Shown here: positions 25,593 through 39,685 of the stretch, in pieces
Layout: each line of letters opens with the position of its first letter
Position numbering within the stretch: position 1 is the stretch's first letter
The notes under the pieces: model-generated
What the model was told of the DNA's origin: nothing
The model's database searches: none
Seen by the model: only the letters and a program-made list of their open reading frames with translations
Assembly (NCBI RefSeq): GCF_036365525.1
Contig: NC_090410.1
Span: forward strand, 5,704,001-5,768,000
Length of the DNA: 64,000 bases
Direction of reading: 5' to 3'
From: Heterodontus francisci
Taxonomy: Eukaryota
Position numbers and translations under genes: made by a program

Positions 25593-25767
25593 TCTTTCCA
25601 CTTTTGTCATTATTCGCTGTACGGGTTCACGCAGGAGGAGTAGCCATTTGGGCAAGTGAGCAAAGGGCTTTACCTCAGCATTCACAGCGTTTTAGGGGAG
25701 GAGAAAAAGCAAATTCTGTATAGGAAACCTCCGCTAACACTTACTCTAAGACCCACTCTCCTTTCAG

Positions 25768-25888
25768 TGCTGTTGATGATAACCCAGATTTTGACAACCT
25801 TGACATCGTGAGTCGTGATGAAGAGGAGCGATACTTTGACGAGGAGGAGCCAGTGGAAATTGAAGATATGGAGATGGACAGGGAATGA
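25768..25888 (+). CDS. CCDC97: CCDC97 last coding exon
   Basis: tttcag|T GCT GTT: [39 protein letters not shown]. Total CDS 520+246+130+121=1017 nt, i.e. 338 aa. Confidence 0.95.
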
Positions 25889-27679
25889 CGGGATTAAACG
25901 TTCTTCAATTTATGTGGGTTTTTTTTGTAATTTTAGATTTTACAACATTTCCAAACTGCCTTTGTTTTTTTAGAGACTGTTAGAGAAGATCCACATAGTT
26001 TTGTGTACATCGTATCACTAAACCATGAAGTCGTTAATCTCTCCTCTTCCCCATATTCTTAATAACTGTTTGGTTTCTGTTGTGCTGGACTCAAATTTCT
26101 TTTAGTTTAATGTACAAAAGAGGATGAAACTGCTGACGGACATGAAACAGCTCAGTGATGAATTGCATCACCAGTTTCCATGTTTCATTCCTGATCCATG
26201 AGGAGTTAGCTGAAAGAAGGATTGGTGTTCATCATTTGGGCCCTACACCTCTTGGAGAGGGAGGGCTATAATCAACCAGCTGTTCCCATTCCTGGTTGCT
26301 TTCGAGTGCCCTCTGTTTGTCATATGTGAATGTTTGATAAGGCACTCCTGAAATATGAAGCCCTCCACAGTAGACGATCCCGTCAACACGGTGTCTTGAT
26401 TCAAAGCATTTGTAATCATAATATTGGCTTGTTTTACACTGTGAAACAAGAACATCTTTCTGACACAACTGAGTTTATTAACTTTTATAAGCCAGTTCCC
26501 TTACAGTTTTGGTTCAGAATATGAGAGAAAAACAATCTGGAGAAAGACAAACAAGTCCACGTATTCCTCTCCTGAAGGCACTGGCTCTTGTTGGGATACA
26601 GTGCCAGGGTATCTGTTGCCCTGTGATATCTCACCCGAGGCCATTCTTTCTAGCTGGTAAAGTGTCCGCAGTTTGCTTGGCAATGGGGAGCAGCACAGCT
26701 GAGCCCTGACCTTAAGTTTGCAAGTGCAGTTTCCGGCAGGGATCACTGGATGGTGATCAGAGTCGAAAACCCTGGGTGTATTTTTCTTCTTTTCATAGTC
26801 TGATCTATTGCTGACCCAGCTGATGTCTGCTAACTAGGCTTAGTGTAAGGATTGAACCCAGGGGCTTTTGGTCCGCATGGTTTAGAACAATATTGAGTGT
26901 GCGCTTACTAACAAGCCATGATGGATGGACAGTGCAGTGACGTGGCACAGTGATACTCCAACACACTGTATCGTGAGTGGCCGAATTCAGGTTAGCCACT
27001 GCAGCCCCTTTCCGTAGCAAATTCCTGGTCTCTAATACACAGCTGGGGTGAAGTGGGAAGGAGCTGAAGAGCTTATTACCCCAAATGAGGAACAGTGTGT
27101 CACACAGCTGCTCCTTGCGAACGGATACAAAACCGTATTGGCAGAGGAGACAAGTAGCTCACCCTCATCTGGTTGGCAATGGAGCTGCAAGGCCCCTGGA
27201 ATAGGAGGGAATTTTGATAAGGCATTAATTATTTGGGTTCTCATCTGAAACACTATCATATCTCTTTCAGACACTCACTGACCTGGCATTACCAGCAGAT
27301 TTAGTTTTCATCTCAGACTTCCTGCCTTTCCTTTCATATTAACAGTGTGCTGCACAGAATTAACATTAGTAATCAACCAGCTTTTTAAACCATATTAAGG
27401 TGATTAAGGGATTCAAATGTCTTTCATTAAATGTTTTACATTTTATTATTCATCCTGTTGCATTTTTCCCCATTTTAATTACTGTTTACAGTGGGGGTGT
27501 GTGTGTGAAGATTGCCCTGTTGTATAAACTAAAAATACAGTCCAGTCTGTGGCACAAAGAGTCTTGTTGGATAGTCAAAAAGGGATTATGTGTTGTCTAA
27601 ATCTGCTTACTTACTTTTAGTAACTAGAGATTATTTGCATAGTAATCTGGAGGCGGGGGTAGCCAGCTGTGAATGATAG

Positions 27680-28405
27680 GGTATGGTAGTGTCGTGGTTA
27701 TGTTACTGGACTAGTAATCCAGACAGCATGAGTTCATAATCCCACCAAGGAAGTTTTAGGAATTTGAATGTAAAATTTCAAAATAAAAAAACTGGTTTGA
27801 TGCTGTCAGATTGCCGTAAAAACCGAACTGCTTCACTGATATCCTTTTTGGGAAGGAACCTGCCGTCCTTACCTAGGTCTGGGTCTGTATGTGACTCCAG
27901 TCCCACACCAACATGGTTGACTCTTAAATGCCCGTCTGAAGTGGCCAAGGAAGCCATAGGAACAGGAGCAGGCCATTTAGCCCCTTTAGCCTGATCTGCC
28001 ATTCAGTGAGATCGTGGCTGATCTGTGACCTAACTCCATATTCCCACCTTTGCCCCATATCCGTTAATATCTTTGGTTCACAAAAAGCTATCAATCTCAG
28101 ATTTAAAATTAACAATTGATCTACCATTAATTGCTGTTTGTAGAAGAGAGTTCCAAACTTCTACAAACTTTCGCTCCTGAAAGGTCCAGCTGTAATTTTA
28201 GACTGTGCCCCCAGTCCCAGACTCCCCAACTAGTGGAAACAGTTTCTCTCTGTCTACCCTATTTGTCACCCTTAATATCTTGAAAACTTTACCCCTCTGT
28301 TATATCAAACTTTGACCTTTGAGGCTTAGGCTCATCACTACTTCCTCAGGGCAGCGAGAGATGGGTATTGCCAGCGATGCCCAAGTCCTGAGAGTGATTT
28401 TTCTT
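27680..28405 (+). mobile_element. tRNA-headed element interrupted by an inverted CR1 3' fragment (~27955-28290)
   Basis: Head GGTTATGTTACTGGACTAGTAATCC; body GTGACTCCAG...GGTTGACTCTTAA. Confidence 0.78.
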
Positions 28406-28969
28406 TTTAAACTCCTGTTAAAAAGTTTAGTTCCCTTCTGTGGATTCTCTTTGCACCAATTCATTTGTACAGCAGTCACACTGAGGATTGGATCTTAATG
28501 TTTTGTATCATGTGTCACTTTTAAGATTCCACCTGAATTCCAAAGTTACTTTAAATTTGGGCCTTTCACCCTTGAGAGGAGATGAGTAAACGGGGGGTTG
28601 GGAGAGGATGCAGGGGGACTTCATAGAGATTTGTTAGAAAACAGTACAAAAGAGATAAATCTAGAATATTACTAACTAAACCCAACACCATAGGACAAGA
28701 GGCTCAAACTGAAGAAAGGCAAGGGTATGGTGTATTGTGGAATGTTCTTTGCACAGGGTGTGAAACACATGCTCTGGGCTTGGGACAGTGCAGGTACAAG
28801 CTTGGAATCACTTAAGAAACAGATGGTGTTATGAGGGTCTATTTTTTTTTTCTTGGTGAATGAACTAAATGGTCAAATGATCTTTCTCATCAAAATCTAT
28901 TTTGTGCTCTAACACTGGAGTGCTCTCAATGACTGTTAAGTGAAAGAGTTTGGAAGGAGGGAGCGAGCA

Positions 28970-29205
28970 AGGGGAAATCAGTTAGTTTGCTGCTCCTAAT
29001 TGCTACCTAGTGACCCTGATGGAAAGTCAGAGGGTGTGTGAATGTTAGATGAAGGCAGGATGTGGCTTGACTGTGATGCCCCCCACAGTGGAATATCTTG
29101 TTGACACTCGCTGCCTAGCCTCACAGGTGGAGAGTGTCCACTTTAGCCAGTTCCTGGGGAACCAGAGCCCAGCAACATTCGCCGCCTTCAGAAGAGAAGG
29201 GGAGT
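28970..29205 (+). mobile_element. Old SINE-like repeat (related fragments near 2740-3035, 23290-23520 and 26560-26900)
   Basis: Recurrent degenerate motifs CTGTGATGCCC and CTTCAG(G/A)AGAG(A)GGGGAG; family not identified. Confidence 0.5.
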
Positions 29206-30177
29206 TCCAATTTTCTTAAAATTACTTCCCTCAGGAATTCCTTATTTACAAACTTCTAAAGGTTTATTTTTAAAGGGGAGGCAGTAATGAGCGAAACTTT
29301 AACTCCCTCAAAATTTGCACAGTTAAAATTGGGCCCAGTATATCTGAATCCTGCAAAGCTTCACAAAATGAAAGGTTTTTTTCTCTCATGTTGAATAAAT
29401 CTGGGATAATATTTGACACACGTACCAATTTACAGAGATTAAAATAAAAAGCTTTCCAAAACAGCAGTTTCTCAGTCTTCCTGCATGTACTTTTCTGCAT
29501 TTACTTTGGACCAGTGCAATTTCCATTAGCTGCTTTACTGAATGTGCAGGCAATCATTCCAACTCCTCCAAAGCCAACTCTTGTTTTCTTTTTGAGATAT
29601 TTATTTTGGGAATTTGAAAGCAATTTTATAGACCACTGCAGCCTGAATGGAGAGTCTCCAATTTTGGCTGCGCAAATTTTAGATTCAATATCCATCAACG
29701 GTGGTATCAGATTGGAAAGTGTAACAGCATCATCTGTGATTAGTACTGAGGCACTTCAAGTGCAGAAAAAAAAACTTGGATATGCAGTTGAAGTGCCGTA
29801 ACCTACGAGGCTACGAACCAAGAGCTGGAAAGTGGAATTTGACTGGATAGCTCTTTTTTTCAGCCGGCACAGACAAGATGGGCCGAATGGCCTCCTTCTG
29901 TGCCGTACACTTTTCTATGTTTCTAAATGATGTCCCATTGTTTTGTCCTGGTAACAGAACACTGGAAGATTTTTTAAAAAGTATACATTACAACCAGCGC
30001 TACTAATTAACAGCAATAAAATCAAGTTCTGTTATTATGTAGGATTGCAGATTTCTTCTGGGTGTTTTGGCGATTGTGTTCTATGATTCCATCCATGTTA
30101 TGTGAAAAATTGATGGCCTTCCCCATAACGTACCAAAGAGCTTCTAATCCCTATGGGTCAGGCCACTGATTATTGGG

Positions 30178-30560
30178 AATGGTAACATAGTGGTTCTGCT
30201 GCTGGACTAGTAATCAAGAGGCCTAGAATAATGATCTGAAGAAGTGAGTTCAAATCCCATCATGGTAGCCGGGAAATCTAAATTCAGTTAAATAAATCTG
30301 GAACAAAAATCTAGGATCCATAACTACTGGATTGTCATCAAAACCGATCTGGTTCACTAATGTTCTTTCAGAGGAGGAAATCTGCTGTCCTTGCTTGGTC
30401 TGGCCTATATGAACCACACAATCTGGTTGACTTTTAATTAGCCTCTAAATGACCTAGAAAGCTACACAATTGTTAATAAGCTGTCTTTTCACCACTTTCT
30501 CGAGGGCAATAAATGCTGACTTTGCCAGTGACGCCCACATCCTATGAATGAATAATAAAG
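30178..30560 (+). mobile_element. tRNA-headed element, full length
   Basis: A box TAACATAGTGG, B box GAGTTCAAATCC, tail CTCGAGGGCAATAAATGCTG...ATGAATGAAT. Confidence 0.82.
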
Positions 30561-31544
30561 AACTGATTTATAGTACTAAATAAATCAAATTTAATTTTTA
30601 TTTTATTCCTGGAATTTGATTATGTTTGAGGGATTCCACTTGCAATTACACCTGCTGTTTCATGAAAAGACGTAGCACCTGATTATAACCCAGCACAAGT
30701 ACACTTTTCAAAAAGATCTTTTCCTGTCAAATGATGGTAAATTTTGTTTTCTAGTTTAGAAAAACACCCAATACAATGGGTCATAGAACTCTATATTGTT
30801 TGTCCAAAAATTGAAGTCAAAATCTAAACATCAGAAGTTGAAATTGGAATTTTGTATCCAGGAATTATCCTTGTATAAAAGATATAGTGTTGCTGTCTCT
30901 CTCTGAGTTTGGATAACTCCACAAACTAGCTACACAGACACATTGTATGACATTGTCTCAGTTGTGCATTACACAGCCTCATGCTCCACTCTCAGCCTTC
31001 TGAAATTCTACATATAATATAAATCACAAGAATAGGTCTCGAATTAACATCTGAAGAACAACTTCAAGATCCTGTTACCCAATTAGCAATAAGGCGCCAA
31101 ATCTGTCCACATAAACAAAAGATAGCTAACTCGATTCCACTTTGGGTGCAAATTGCGCCCATTTTGAGAAGTTTATTGTGCGAGTATCCGCTCATGCCCA
31201 TTTGCATGGTGCCAGACGCAAAATCTGCCATGAACCAGAGCAATTGGACGTAGCTCAAAAAAACATTTCTTTAAAAATATTCCTTGATACATTTAAGAAT
31301 GGTAACTTGATGCAGCTTGATTAATGCAGATGAAAATGGGTTTGTTACAAAAAAATAACCATTTTTAATCAGTCACCTATGAGTAATTCAATTTTATATG
31401 ACTGAAAATGATTTAAATATATACAGAGCCATTCACTAGTTATATTGGTGTACAGTAGTCAATTTCATAGTAAATTAAAAAATTACATTCCAAAGCAAAG
31501 GCCGCAATTGCACACAAACGAGTGCAATTAGCAGAAACTCTCGG

Positions 31545-34500
31545 GTGACTCAGAGCGGTTACAGGACATTCTGAAGGGAGAGGATGAACCGCCATTGGTC
31601 GTGGTACACATTGGTACAAACGACATAGGTAAATAAAAGGATGAAGTCCTAAAAGCAGAATATAGGGAGCTAGGAAGTAAGTTGAAAAGTAGGACCTCAA
31701 AGGTAGTGATCTCAGGATTACTACCAGTGCCACGTGCTAGTCAGAGTAGAATAGCAGGATATATCAGATGAATATGTGGCTGAAGAGATGGTGTGAGAGG
31801 GAGGGTTTTAGATTCCTGGGGCATTGGGTTCTGGGGGAGGTGGGACCAATACAAACTGGACGAGTTACACCTGGGCAGGATCGGGACTGATGTCCTAGGG
31901 GGAGTATTTGCTAGAGTGGTTGGGGAGGGTTTAAACCAAAATGGCAGGGGGATGGGAACCTTTGCAAGGAGTCAGAGGAGAGGGGATCAAAGACAAGAAC
32001 AAAAGACAGTAAGGGGAATAAGAAAAGTGATAGGCATAGAAATCAAGGGCCAGAATCAAACAGGGCCACAGTGAAAAATAGTGGGAATGGGACAAGTAAT
32101 GTTAAAAAGACAAGCCTTAAGACTTTGTGCCTTAACGTGCGGAGCATTTGTAATAAAGTGGATGAATTAATCGTGCAAATAGATGTAAAGAAGTATGATA
32201 TGGTCGGGATTATGGAGACATGGCTGCAAGTTGACCAGGGATGGGAAATTAACATCCAGGGATATTCAGTATTTAGGAAGGACAGATAAAAAGCAAAAGG
32301 CAGAGGAGTTGCATTGCTGGTTAAAGAGGAAATTAACGCAATAGTGAGGAAAGAAACGACGTGGAATCTGTATGGGCAGAGCTGAGAAACACTAAGGGGC
32401 AAAAAATGTTAGTGGGTGTTGTATATAGACCCCCAAACTGTAGTGGTGATGTTGGGAATGGCATTAAACAGGAAATTAGAGATGCATGCAATAAAGGAAC
32501 ATCTGTAATTATGGGTGATTTTAATCTGCATATAGATTGGGCAAATCAAATTAATCACAATACCGTAGAGGAGGAATTCTTGGAGTGTATATGGGTTGGT
32601 TTTCTGGACCAATACGTTGAGGAACCAACTAGAGAACAGGCCATCCTAGTATTGTGTAATGAGAGAAGAATAATTGACAATCTAGTGGAGCTAGACCCCA
32701 TGGGGACGAGCAACCATAATGTGATAGAATTCTTCATCAAGATGGAGAGTAACGTAGTTGATTCTGAGACAAGGGTCCTTAATCTTAGTAAAGGAAACTA
32801 CGAAGGTATGAGGCGCAAGTTGGCCATGACGGATTGGGAAACATTACTTAAAGGAATGACAGTGGATAGGCAATGGCAAACATTTAAAGAGCGCATGGAT
32901 GAACTGCAGCAATTGTTTATCCCTGTCTGGCGCAAAAGTAAAACGGGAAAGGTAGCCAAACCATGGCTTACAAGGGAAATTAGAGATAGCATTAGATCCA
33001 AGGAAGAGGCATATACATTTGCCAGGAAAAACAACAGACCTGAGGATTGGGAGCAGTTTAGAATTCAGCAAAGGAGGACCAAGGGATTGATTAAGAAGGG
33101 GAAAATAGAGTACGAGAGCAAGCTTGCGGGGAACATAAAAACTGACTGTAAAAATCTCTAAAGGTATGTGAAGAGAAAAAGATTGGTGAAGACAAATGTA
33201 GGTCCCTTACAGTCAGAAACAGGGGAATTTATTATGGGGAATAAAGAAATGGATGACCAACTAAATGCATACTTTGGTTCTGTCTTCACAAAGGAGGACA
33301 CAAATATCATACCAGAAATGTTGGGGAACACAGGTCTTAGTGAGAGAGAGGAACTGAAAGAAATCAGTATTAGTAGAGAAAAGGTGTTGGGGAAAATGAT
33401 GGGATTGAAGGCCGATAATTCCCCAGGGCCTGATGGTCTGCATCCCAGAGTACTTAAGGAAGTGGCCCTAGAAATAGTGGATGCATTGGTGGTCATCTTC
33501 CAAGATTCTAGACTCTGGAACAGTTCTTACAGATTGGAGGGTAGCTTATGTAACCCCACTATTTAAAAAGGGAGGTAGAGAGAAAGCAGGGAATTATAGA
33601 CCAGTCAGCCTGACGTCGGTAGTGGGGAAAATTCTAGAGTCCATTATCAAAGACTTTATAGCAGAGCACTTGGAGAACAGTGGTAGAATCAGGCAGAGAC
33701 AACATGGATTTATGAATGGGAAATCATGCTTGACAAATCTACTAGAATTCTTCGAGGATGTAACTAGTAGAGTTGATGAGGGGGAGCCAATGGATGTGGT
33801 TTATTTGGACTTTCAGAAGGCTTTTGACAAAGTCCCACATAAGAGATTAGCATGTAAAATGAAAGCACATGGGATTGGGGGTAGTGTATTGTGATGGATA
33901 GAAAATTGGTTGGCAGACAGGAAACAAAGAGTAGGGATAAATGGGTCTTTTCCTGAATGGCAGGCAATGACTAGTGGGGTACAGTAGGGATCAGTGCTAG
34001 GACCCCAGCTATTCACAATATACATTAATGATTTAGATGAGGGAACTAAATGCAACATCTCCAAATTTGCAGATGACACAAAACTGGGTGGGAGGGTGAG
34101 TTGTGAGGAGGATGCAGAGAGGCTTCAGGGTGATTTGGACAAGTTGAGTGAGTGGGCTAATGCATGGCAGATGCAGTATAATGTGGATAAATGTGAGGTT
34201 ATCCACTTTTGTAGCAAAAACAGGAAGGCAGATTATTATCTGAACGGCTATAAACTGAGAGAGGGGAATATGCAGCGAGACCTGGGTGTTCTCGTCCAGC
34301 AATTGCTGAAGGTAAGCATGCAGGTGCAACAGGCGGGAAAAAAGGCAAATGGTATGTTGGCCTTCATAGCGAGAAGATTCAAGTTCAGGAGCAGGGATGT
34401 CGTGCTGCAATTATACAGGGCCTTGGTGAGGCCACACCTGGAATATTGTGTCCAGTTTTGGTCTCCTTATCTGAGGAAGGATGTTCTTGCTATAGAGGGA

Positions 34501-34990
34501 GCACAGCGAAGGTTTACCAGACTGATTCCTGGGATGGTGGGACTGATGTATGAGGAGAGATTGAGTCGGTTAGGATTATATTCGCCGGAGTTCAGAAGAG
34601 TGAGGGGGCATCTCCTAGAAACCTATAAAATTCTAACAGGACTTGACAGGGTAGATGCAGGAAGGATGTTCCCGATGGTGGGGAGTCCAGAACCGGGGGT
34701 CATAGTCTAAGGATACGGGGTAAACCTTTCATAACTGAGATGAGAAATTTCTTCACCCAGAGAGTGGTGAGCCTGTGGAATTCGCTACCACAGAAAGCAG
34801 CTGAGGCCAAAACATTGTATGTTTTCAAGAAGAAGTTAGATAGCTCTTGGGTCTAAAGGGATCAAAGGATATGGGGCGAAAGCGGGAACAGGCTATTGAG
34901 TTGGATGATCAGCCATGATCACAGTGAATGGCGGAGCAGGCTCGAAGGGCCGAATGGCCTACTCCTGCTCCTATTTTCTATGTTTCTATG
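31545..34990 (+). mobile_element. Near full-length CR1 LINE (3' part of SGNH-esterase ORF1 plus ORF2), inactivated
   Basis: VVHIGTNDIG, CLNVRSI, METWL, YRPP, MGDFN, YRPVSLTS, FADDTK; several stops and frameshifts; tail TTTCTATGTTTCTATG. Confidence 0.96.
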
Positions 34991-35244
34991 ATTAATTCAC
35001 CTCAGGGGCATGGCTAGTTTTGTGTGGGGGACCGGTTTATTACAGGATTTTTTAAAAACTGGTGCAAAAGTTCATGGAATCTTGATTTGTTCTGAATGCA
35101 ATTTGTCCATAACAATCCACGATCTCTTGCTCAGGTTGCACCAACTTTGGGCAAATTGCACCAAGCAGAAACCGTGTAACTGGGCAGAAACTCTACTCCA
35201 GTACGTGTAGTGCATGACTGTCGTTCAAACTTGCATACGAACAT

Positions 35245-38200
35245 ACGTGCCAGAGTTTGAGACATCTGCTCAGGACTGCAGAGGAACTTACAGTGGGAGG
35301 GGGAGGATCCAGTCATCGTGGTCCATGTAGGTACCAACGACATAGGCAGGACAAGGAAAGAGGTTCTGCATAGTCAGTGTGAGGAGCTAGGCACCAAATT
35401 AAGAAGCAGAACCTCAAAGGTAATAATCTCTGGATTATTATCAGAGCCACATGCAAATTGGAGCAGGGCAAATAAGATCAGGGAAATGAATATGTGGCTC
35501 AAAGACTGGTGTGGTAGAACTGGGTTCTGGTTCATGGGGCACTGGCACCAGTACTGGGAAAAGTGGGGGCTGTACTGTTAGGACAGTCTACACCTGAACT
35601 GTGCTGAGACCAGTGTTCTAGCGAGCCACATAACTCGGGAGGTAGAGAGGGTTTTAAACTAAATAGTGGGGGCAAGGGGTCAAATTTGGGAAGATGCGGT
35701 AAATCAAAGAGTAAAGACAAGGCAAGAGAGAAAGGTATTAATATGGGAAAAGATAAACAGATTGTGACAGGAAGGGACAGTGAGTACAAATCTAAGAGTA
35801 AATCAGCAGACAAGACTACAGGTTACAAAAATAATAAAAGGACAAAACTAAAGGCTCTGTATCTGAATGCACGTAGAGTTCAAAACAAAACAGATGATCT
35901 GATAGCACAAACAGAAATAAATAAGTACTATCTGATAGCCATTACAGAGACATGGATGCAGGATGACATCGATTGGGACCTAAATATTGAAGGGTACATG
36001 GCATTTAGGAAGGATAGGTAGCTAGGAAAAGGTGGAGGTATGGGTCTGTTAATTAGTGATGGTATTAGCACAATAGAGAGGGATGACCTAAGTTCAGGAA
36101 ACCAGGATGTAGAAGCAGTTTGGGTCGAGATGAGAAATGATAAAGGCAAGAAGTCGTTTGTGGGAATGGTGCATAGGCCCCCTAACTAACCACATGGTAG
36201 GATGGTGTATAAAGGAAGAAATAATGGATGCTTGTCAGAAAGGTACGGCAATAATCATGGGGGATTTTAATCTACATTATTACAACCGGGTGAGAAAGGT
36301 GTCTAAGGGTCTCTTTCAGCCTTCACCTGGTCTTCTTGTAACAGGGTTTTGTTTAAACACACTGTGTTTTGAGCTCCCCCTTTGGTGAATCCTTGTTCAC
36401 CACTTTCCAACTATAAGGCAAAGAAATGAGCATAAACAAGCTTTCTTAAGTTTAAAGAAGAAAAGTGAAATTTATTAAATCTTAAAATTAAACTCTAATT
36501 CGGTTAACACCTATGGATACACGCTGTGCCCCACGCTAACATGTATACATGATACGCACATGCAAATAGAGACAGAAAAGAAGAAAAAAATAGAGAAGAC
36601 TGAGGTAATATCAGAAGTTTCTCGTTACTGTGCTTCGAGCTCACTGTAGTCCTTGTGTAGGTAATTCTTGCTTTTCGTTGGGGCCCAGCATTCTTCTTTA
36701 ACCTTGTTCACTGTAGGAAACTTTCTCTGTGTCTTCAATGCATTCAAAAGCTGGTGAGAAAGAGATGAGCAGGCAGGAGAAAGGCAGCGACAAGCCAACC
36801 ACGAGAGGTCTTTTTCCAGTCCAGGAGCAAACAGCTTTCTGAGTTCAAATTCCCTGTGGCAAGTTCAAATTCAAAAAAACTCCAACAGTCGGTTAGTCAT
36901 GTGACTAAACTCGTCTGACCACGTCTGTTTGTATATTCGGCCATCTTAGCAGTTTACCTGGAATGCTAGCCTCTCCACCTTCAACGTCTGGTAATCAAAA
37001 GTCCATCGTGGATTAAATTGGAGCAGGGAGTGGCCCCTTTGTCCATTCCAAGTGCTGTCTGTTACTACGTAAAAAAGGTCTTTCTGGTGAGGGGCCTGGT
37101 AATTCCTTGTGATTGACCCTCTTTTCTTCCCAGCAGCAATTTTAAGTTTTAATGTTCATGTGGCGAAATAACGTGTGCCTCATTCTTGGCAGGTGGGGGC
37201 CTGCATGACAACATATAGACTGGAAAAATCAGCTGAGCAAAGGTAGCCTAGATGAGGAGTTCATGGAATGTTTTCAGGATAGTTTCTTAGAACAGCATGT
37301 TCTGGAGATAACCACAGAGCAGGCTATACTAGACCTGGCATTGTGCAATGAGATAGGAGTAATTAATGACCTCCTAGTGCAGGTGCACATAGGCAGCAGC
37401 GATCATAATATGATTGAATTTTACATTCAGTTTGAGGGAGAGAAAAGTGGGTCTAAGACTAGTATTTTAAACTTAAATAAGGGCAATTATGAGGGCATGA
37501 AAGCAGAGCTAGCAAAAGTGAACTGGTGAAGTAGGGTAAGGGATAGATCAATAGTGATGATGCAGTGGCAGACATTTAAGGGGATATTTCAGAATACACA
37601 GAATAGATACATTCCAACGAGGAAGAAAAATTCCAAGGGGAGGACCCACCATCCGTGGTTAACTAAAAAAGTTAAAGATAGTATCAAACTTAAAGAAAAA
37701 GCATAGAATTGCGCAAAGATGGGTGGCAGGCCAGAAGATTGGACAGAATATAAAAAGCAACAAAGAATGATCAAAAGATTAATAAGGAGGGAAAAGTTAG
37801 AGTACGAGAGAAAGCGGGCTAAAAATATAAAAACAGATAGTAAGAGTTTCTATAGATATTTAAAGAAGAAAAGAGTTAACAAAGTGAGCATTGGTTCTAT
37901 AGAAAGTGAGTCTGGGGAATTAATAAGGGAAAATAAGGAGATGGCAGATAAATTGAACAGGTATGTTGCATCGGTCTTCACCATAGAGAATACAAGTAAC
38001 ATCCTAGAAATAGCTGTAAATCAGGAAGTGGAAGGGAGGGAGGAACTCAAGAAAATCACAATCACCAGGGAAGTGGTACTGAGCAAATTGTTGGAGATGT
38101 GGACAGACAAGTCCCCAGGTCCTGATGGACTTCATCCTAGGGCGTTAAAAGAAGTGGTTAGTGAGATAATTGATGCGTTGGTTTAAATTTTCCAAAACTC

Positions 38201-39685
38201 CAAAGATTCAGGGAAGGTTTCATTAGATTGGAAAATAGCCATTGTAACTCCTTTATTCAAAAAGGGAGGGAGACAAAAAGCAAGAAACTACAGGCCAGTT
38301 AGCTTAACATCAGTCATAGGGAAAATGTTAGAAGCTATTATTAAAGATGTTATAACAGGGCAGTTAGAAGAATTCAAGGTAATCAGACAGAGTCAACATG
38401 GTTTTGTGAAAGGAAAATCATGTTTTACCAATTTATTGGAGTTCTTTGAAGAAGTAACATGTGCTGTGGATAAAGGAGAACCGGTGGATGTACTGTACTT
38501 AGATTTCCAGAAGGCATTTGATAAGGTGCCACATCAAAGGTTATTGTGGAAAATAAAAGCTTATGGTGTAAGGGGTAACATATTGGCATGGATAGAAGAT
38601 TGGCTAGCTAACAGGAAACAAAGAACAGGCATAAATGGGTCATTTTCTGGTTGGCAAGATGTAATGAGTGGTGTGCCACAGGGATCTGTGCTGGGGCCTC
38701 AACTTTTTACAATTTTTATAAATGACTTAGGTGAAGGGACCGAAGGTATGGTTGCTAAATCTGCTAATGACACAAAGATAGGTAGAAAAGTAAGTTGTGA
38801 AGAGGACGTAAGGAGGCTACAAAGTGATAAAGATAGGTTAAGTGAGTGGGAAAAGATATGGCAAATGGAGTATAATGTGGGAAAATGTGAAATTGTCCAT
38901 TTTGGCAGGAAAAATAAAAAAGAAGCGTATTATCTAAATGGTGAGAGATTGCAGAGCTCTGAGATGCGCAGGGATCTGGCTGTCCTAGTACATGAATCGC
39001 AAAAGGTTAGTATGCAGGTGCAGCACGTAATTAGGAAAGCTAATAGAATGTTATTGTTTATTGTGAGGGGAATTGAATATAAAAGTAGGGAGGTTATGCT
39101 TCAGCTATACAGGGCATTGGTGAGACCACATCTGGAATACTGTGTACAGTACTGGTCTTCTTATTTAAGGAAGGATGTAAATGCATTGGAAGCAGTTCAG
39201 AGAAGGTTTACTAGACTAATACCTGGAATGGGTGGGTTGTCTTATGAGGAAATGTTGGACAGGCTAGGCTTTTATCCACTGGAGTTTAGAAGAGTAAGAG
39301 GTGACTTGATTGAAACATATAAGATTCTGAGGGGTCTTGACAGGGTGGATGTGGAAAGGATGTTTCCTCTTGTGGGAGCATCTCGAACTATGGGTCACTG
39401 TTTAAAAATAAGGGGTCGCCCATTTAAGACCGAGATGAGGAGAAACTTTTTCTCTCAGAAGGCTCTGAGTCTTTGGAACTCTCTTCCTCAAAAGGCTGTG
39501 GAAGCAGAGTCTTTGAATATTTTTAAGGCAGAGATAGATAGATTCTTGATAAGCAAGGGGGTGAAAGGTTATCGGGTGTAGGCGGGAATGTGGAGTTGAG
39601 GTTACAATCAAATCAGCCAGGATCTTGTTGAATGGCGGAGCAGGCTCGAGGGGCCGAGTGGCCTACTCCTGCTCCTAATTCGTAC
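35245..39685 (+). mobile_element. Near full-length CR1 LINE of another subfamily, inactivated, containing a solo LTR
   Basis: VHVGTNDIG (ORF1), YLNAR, ITETW; 418-aa RT fragment with the catalytic FADD changed to SAND; in-frame stops. Confidence 0.96.
36278..37210. mobile_element. Putative solo LTR (933 bp) with 4-bp TSD ACAT
   Basis: The CR1 endonuclease sequence AATCTACAT|ATAGACTGG is split, with ACAT at 36274-36277 and 37211-37214. Termini TATTACA...ATGACA (TG..CA with one change). Confidence 0.75.

Noticed and set aside
30015-30020. CCDC97 polyadenylation signal
   Set aside because: AATAAA with downstream GT-rich sequence is plausible, but other candidates exist and it cannot be assigned without transcript data.
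38325-39581. Functional or domesticated reverse transcriptase (418 aa)
   Set aside because: The catalytic motif reads SAND, upstream ORF2 has stops, and an LTR-like insertion interrupts it.
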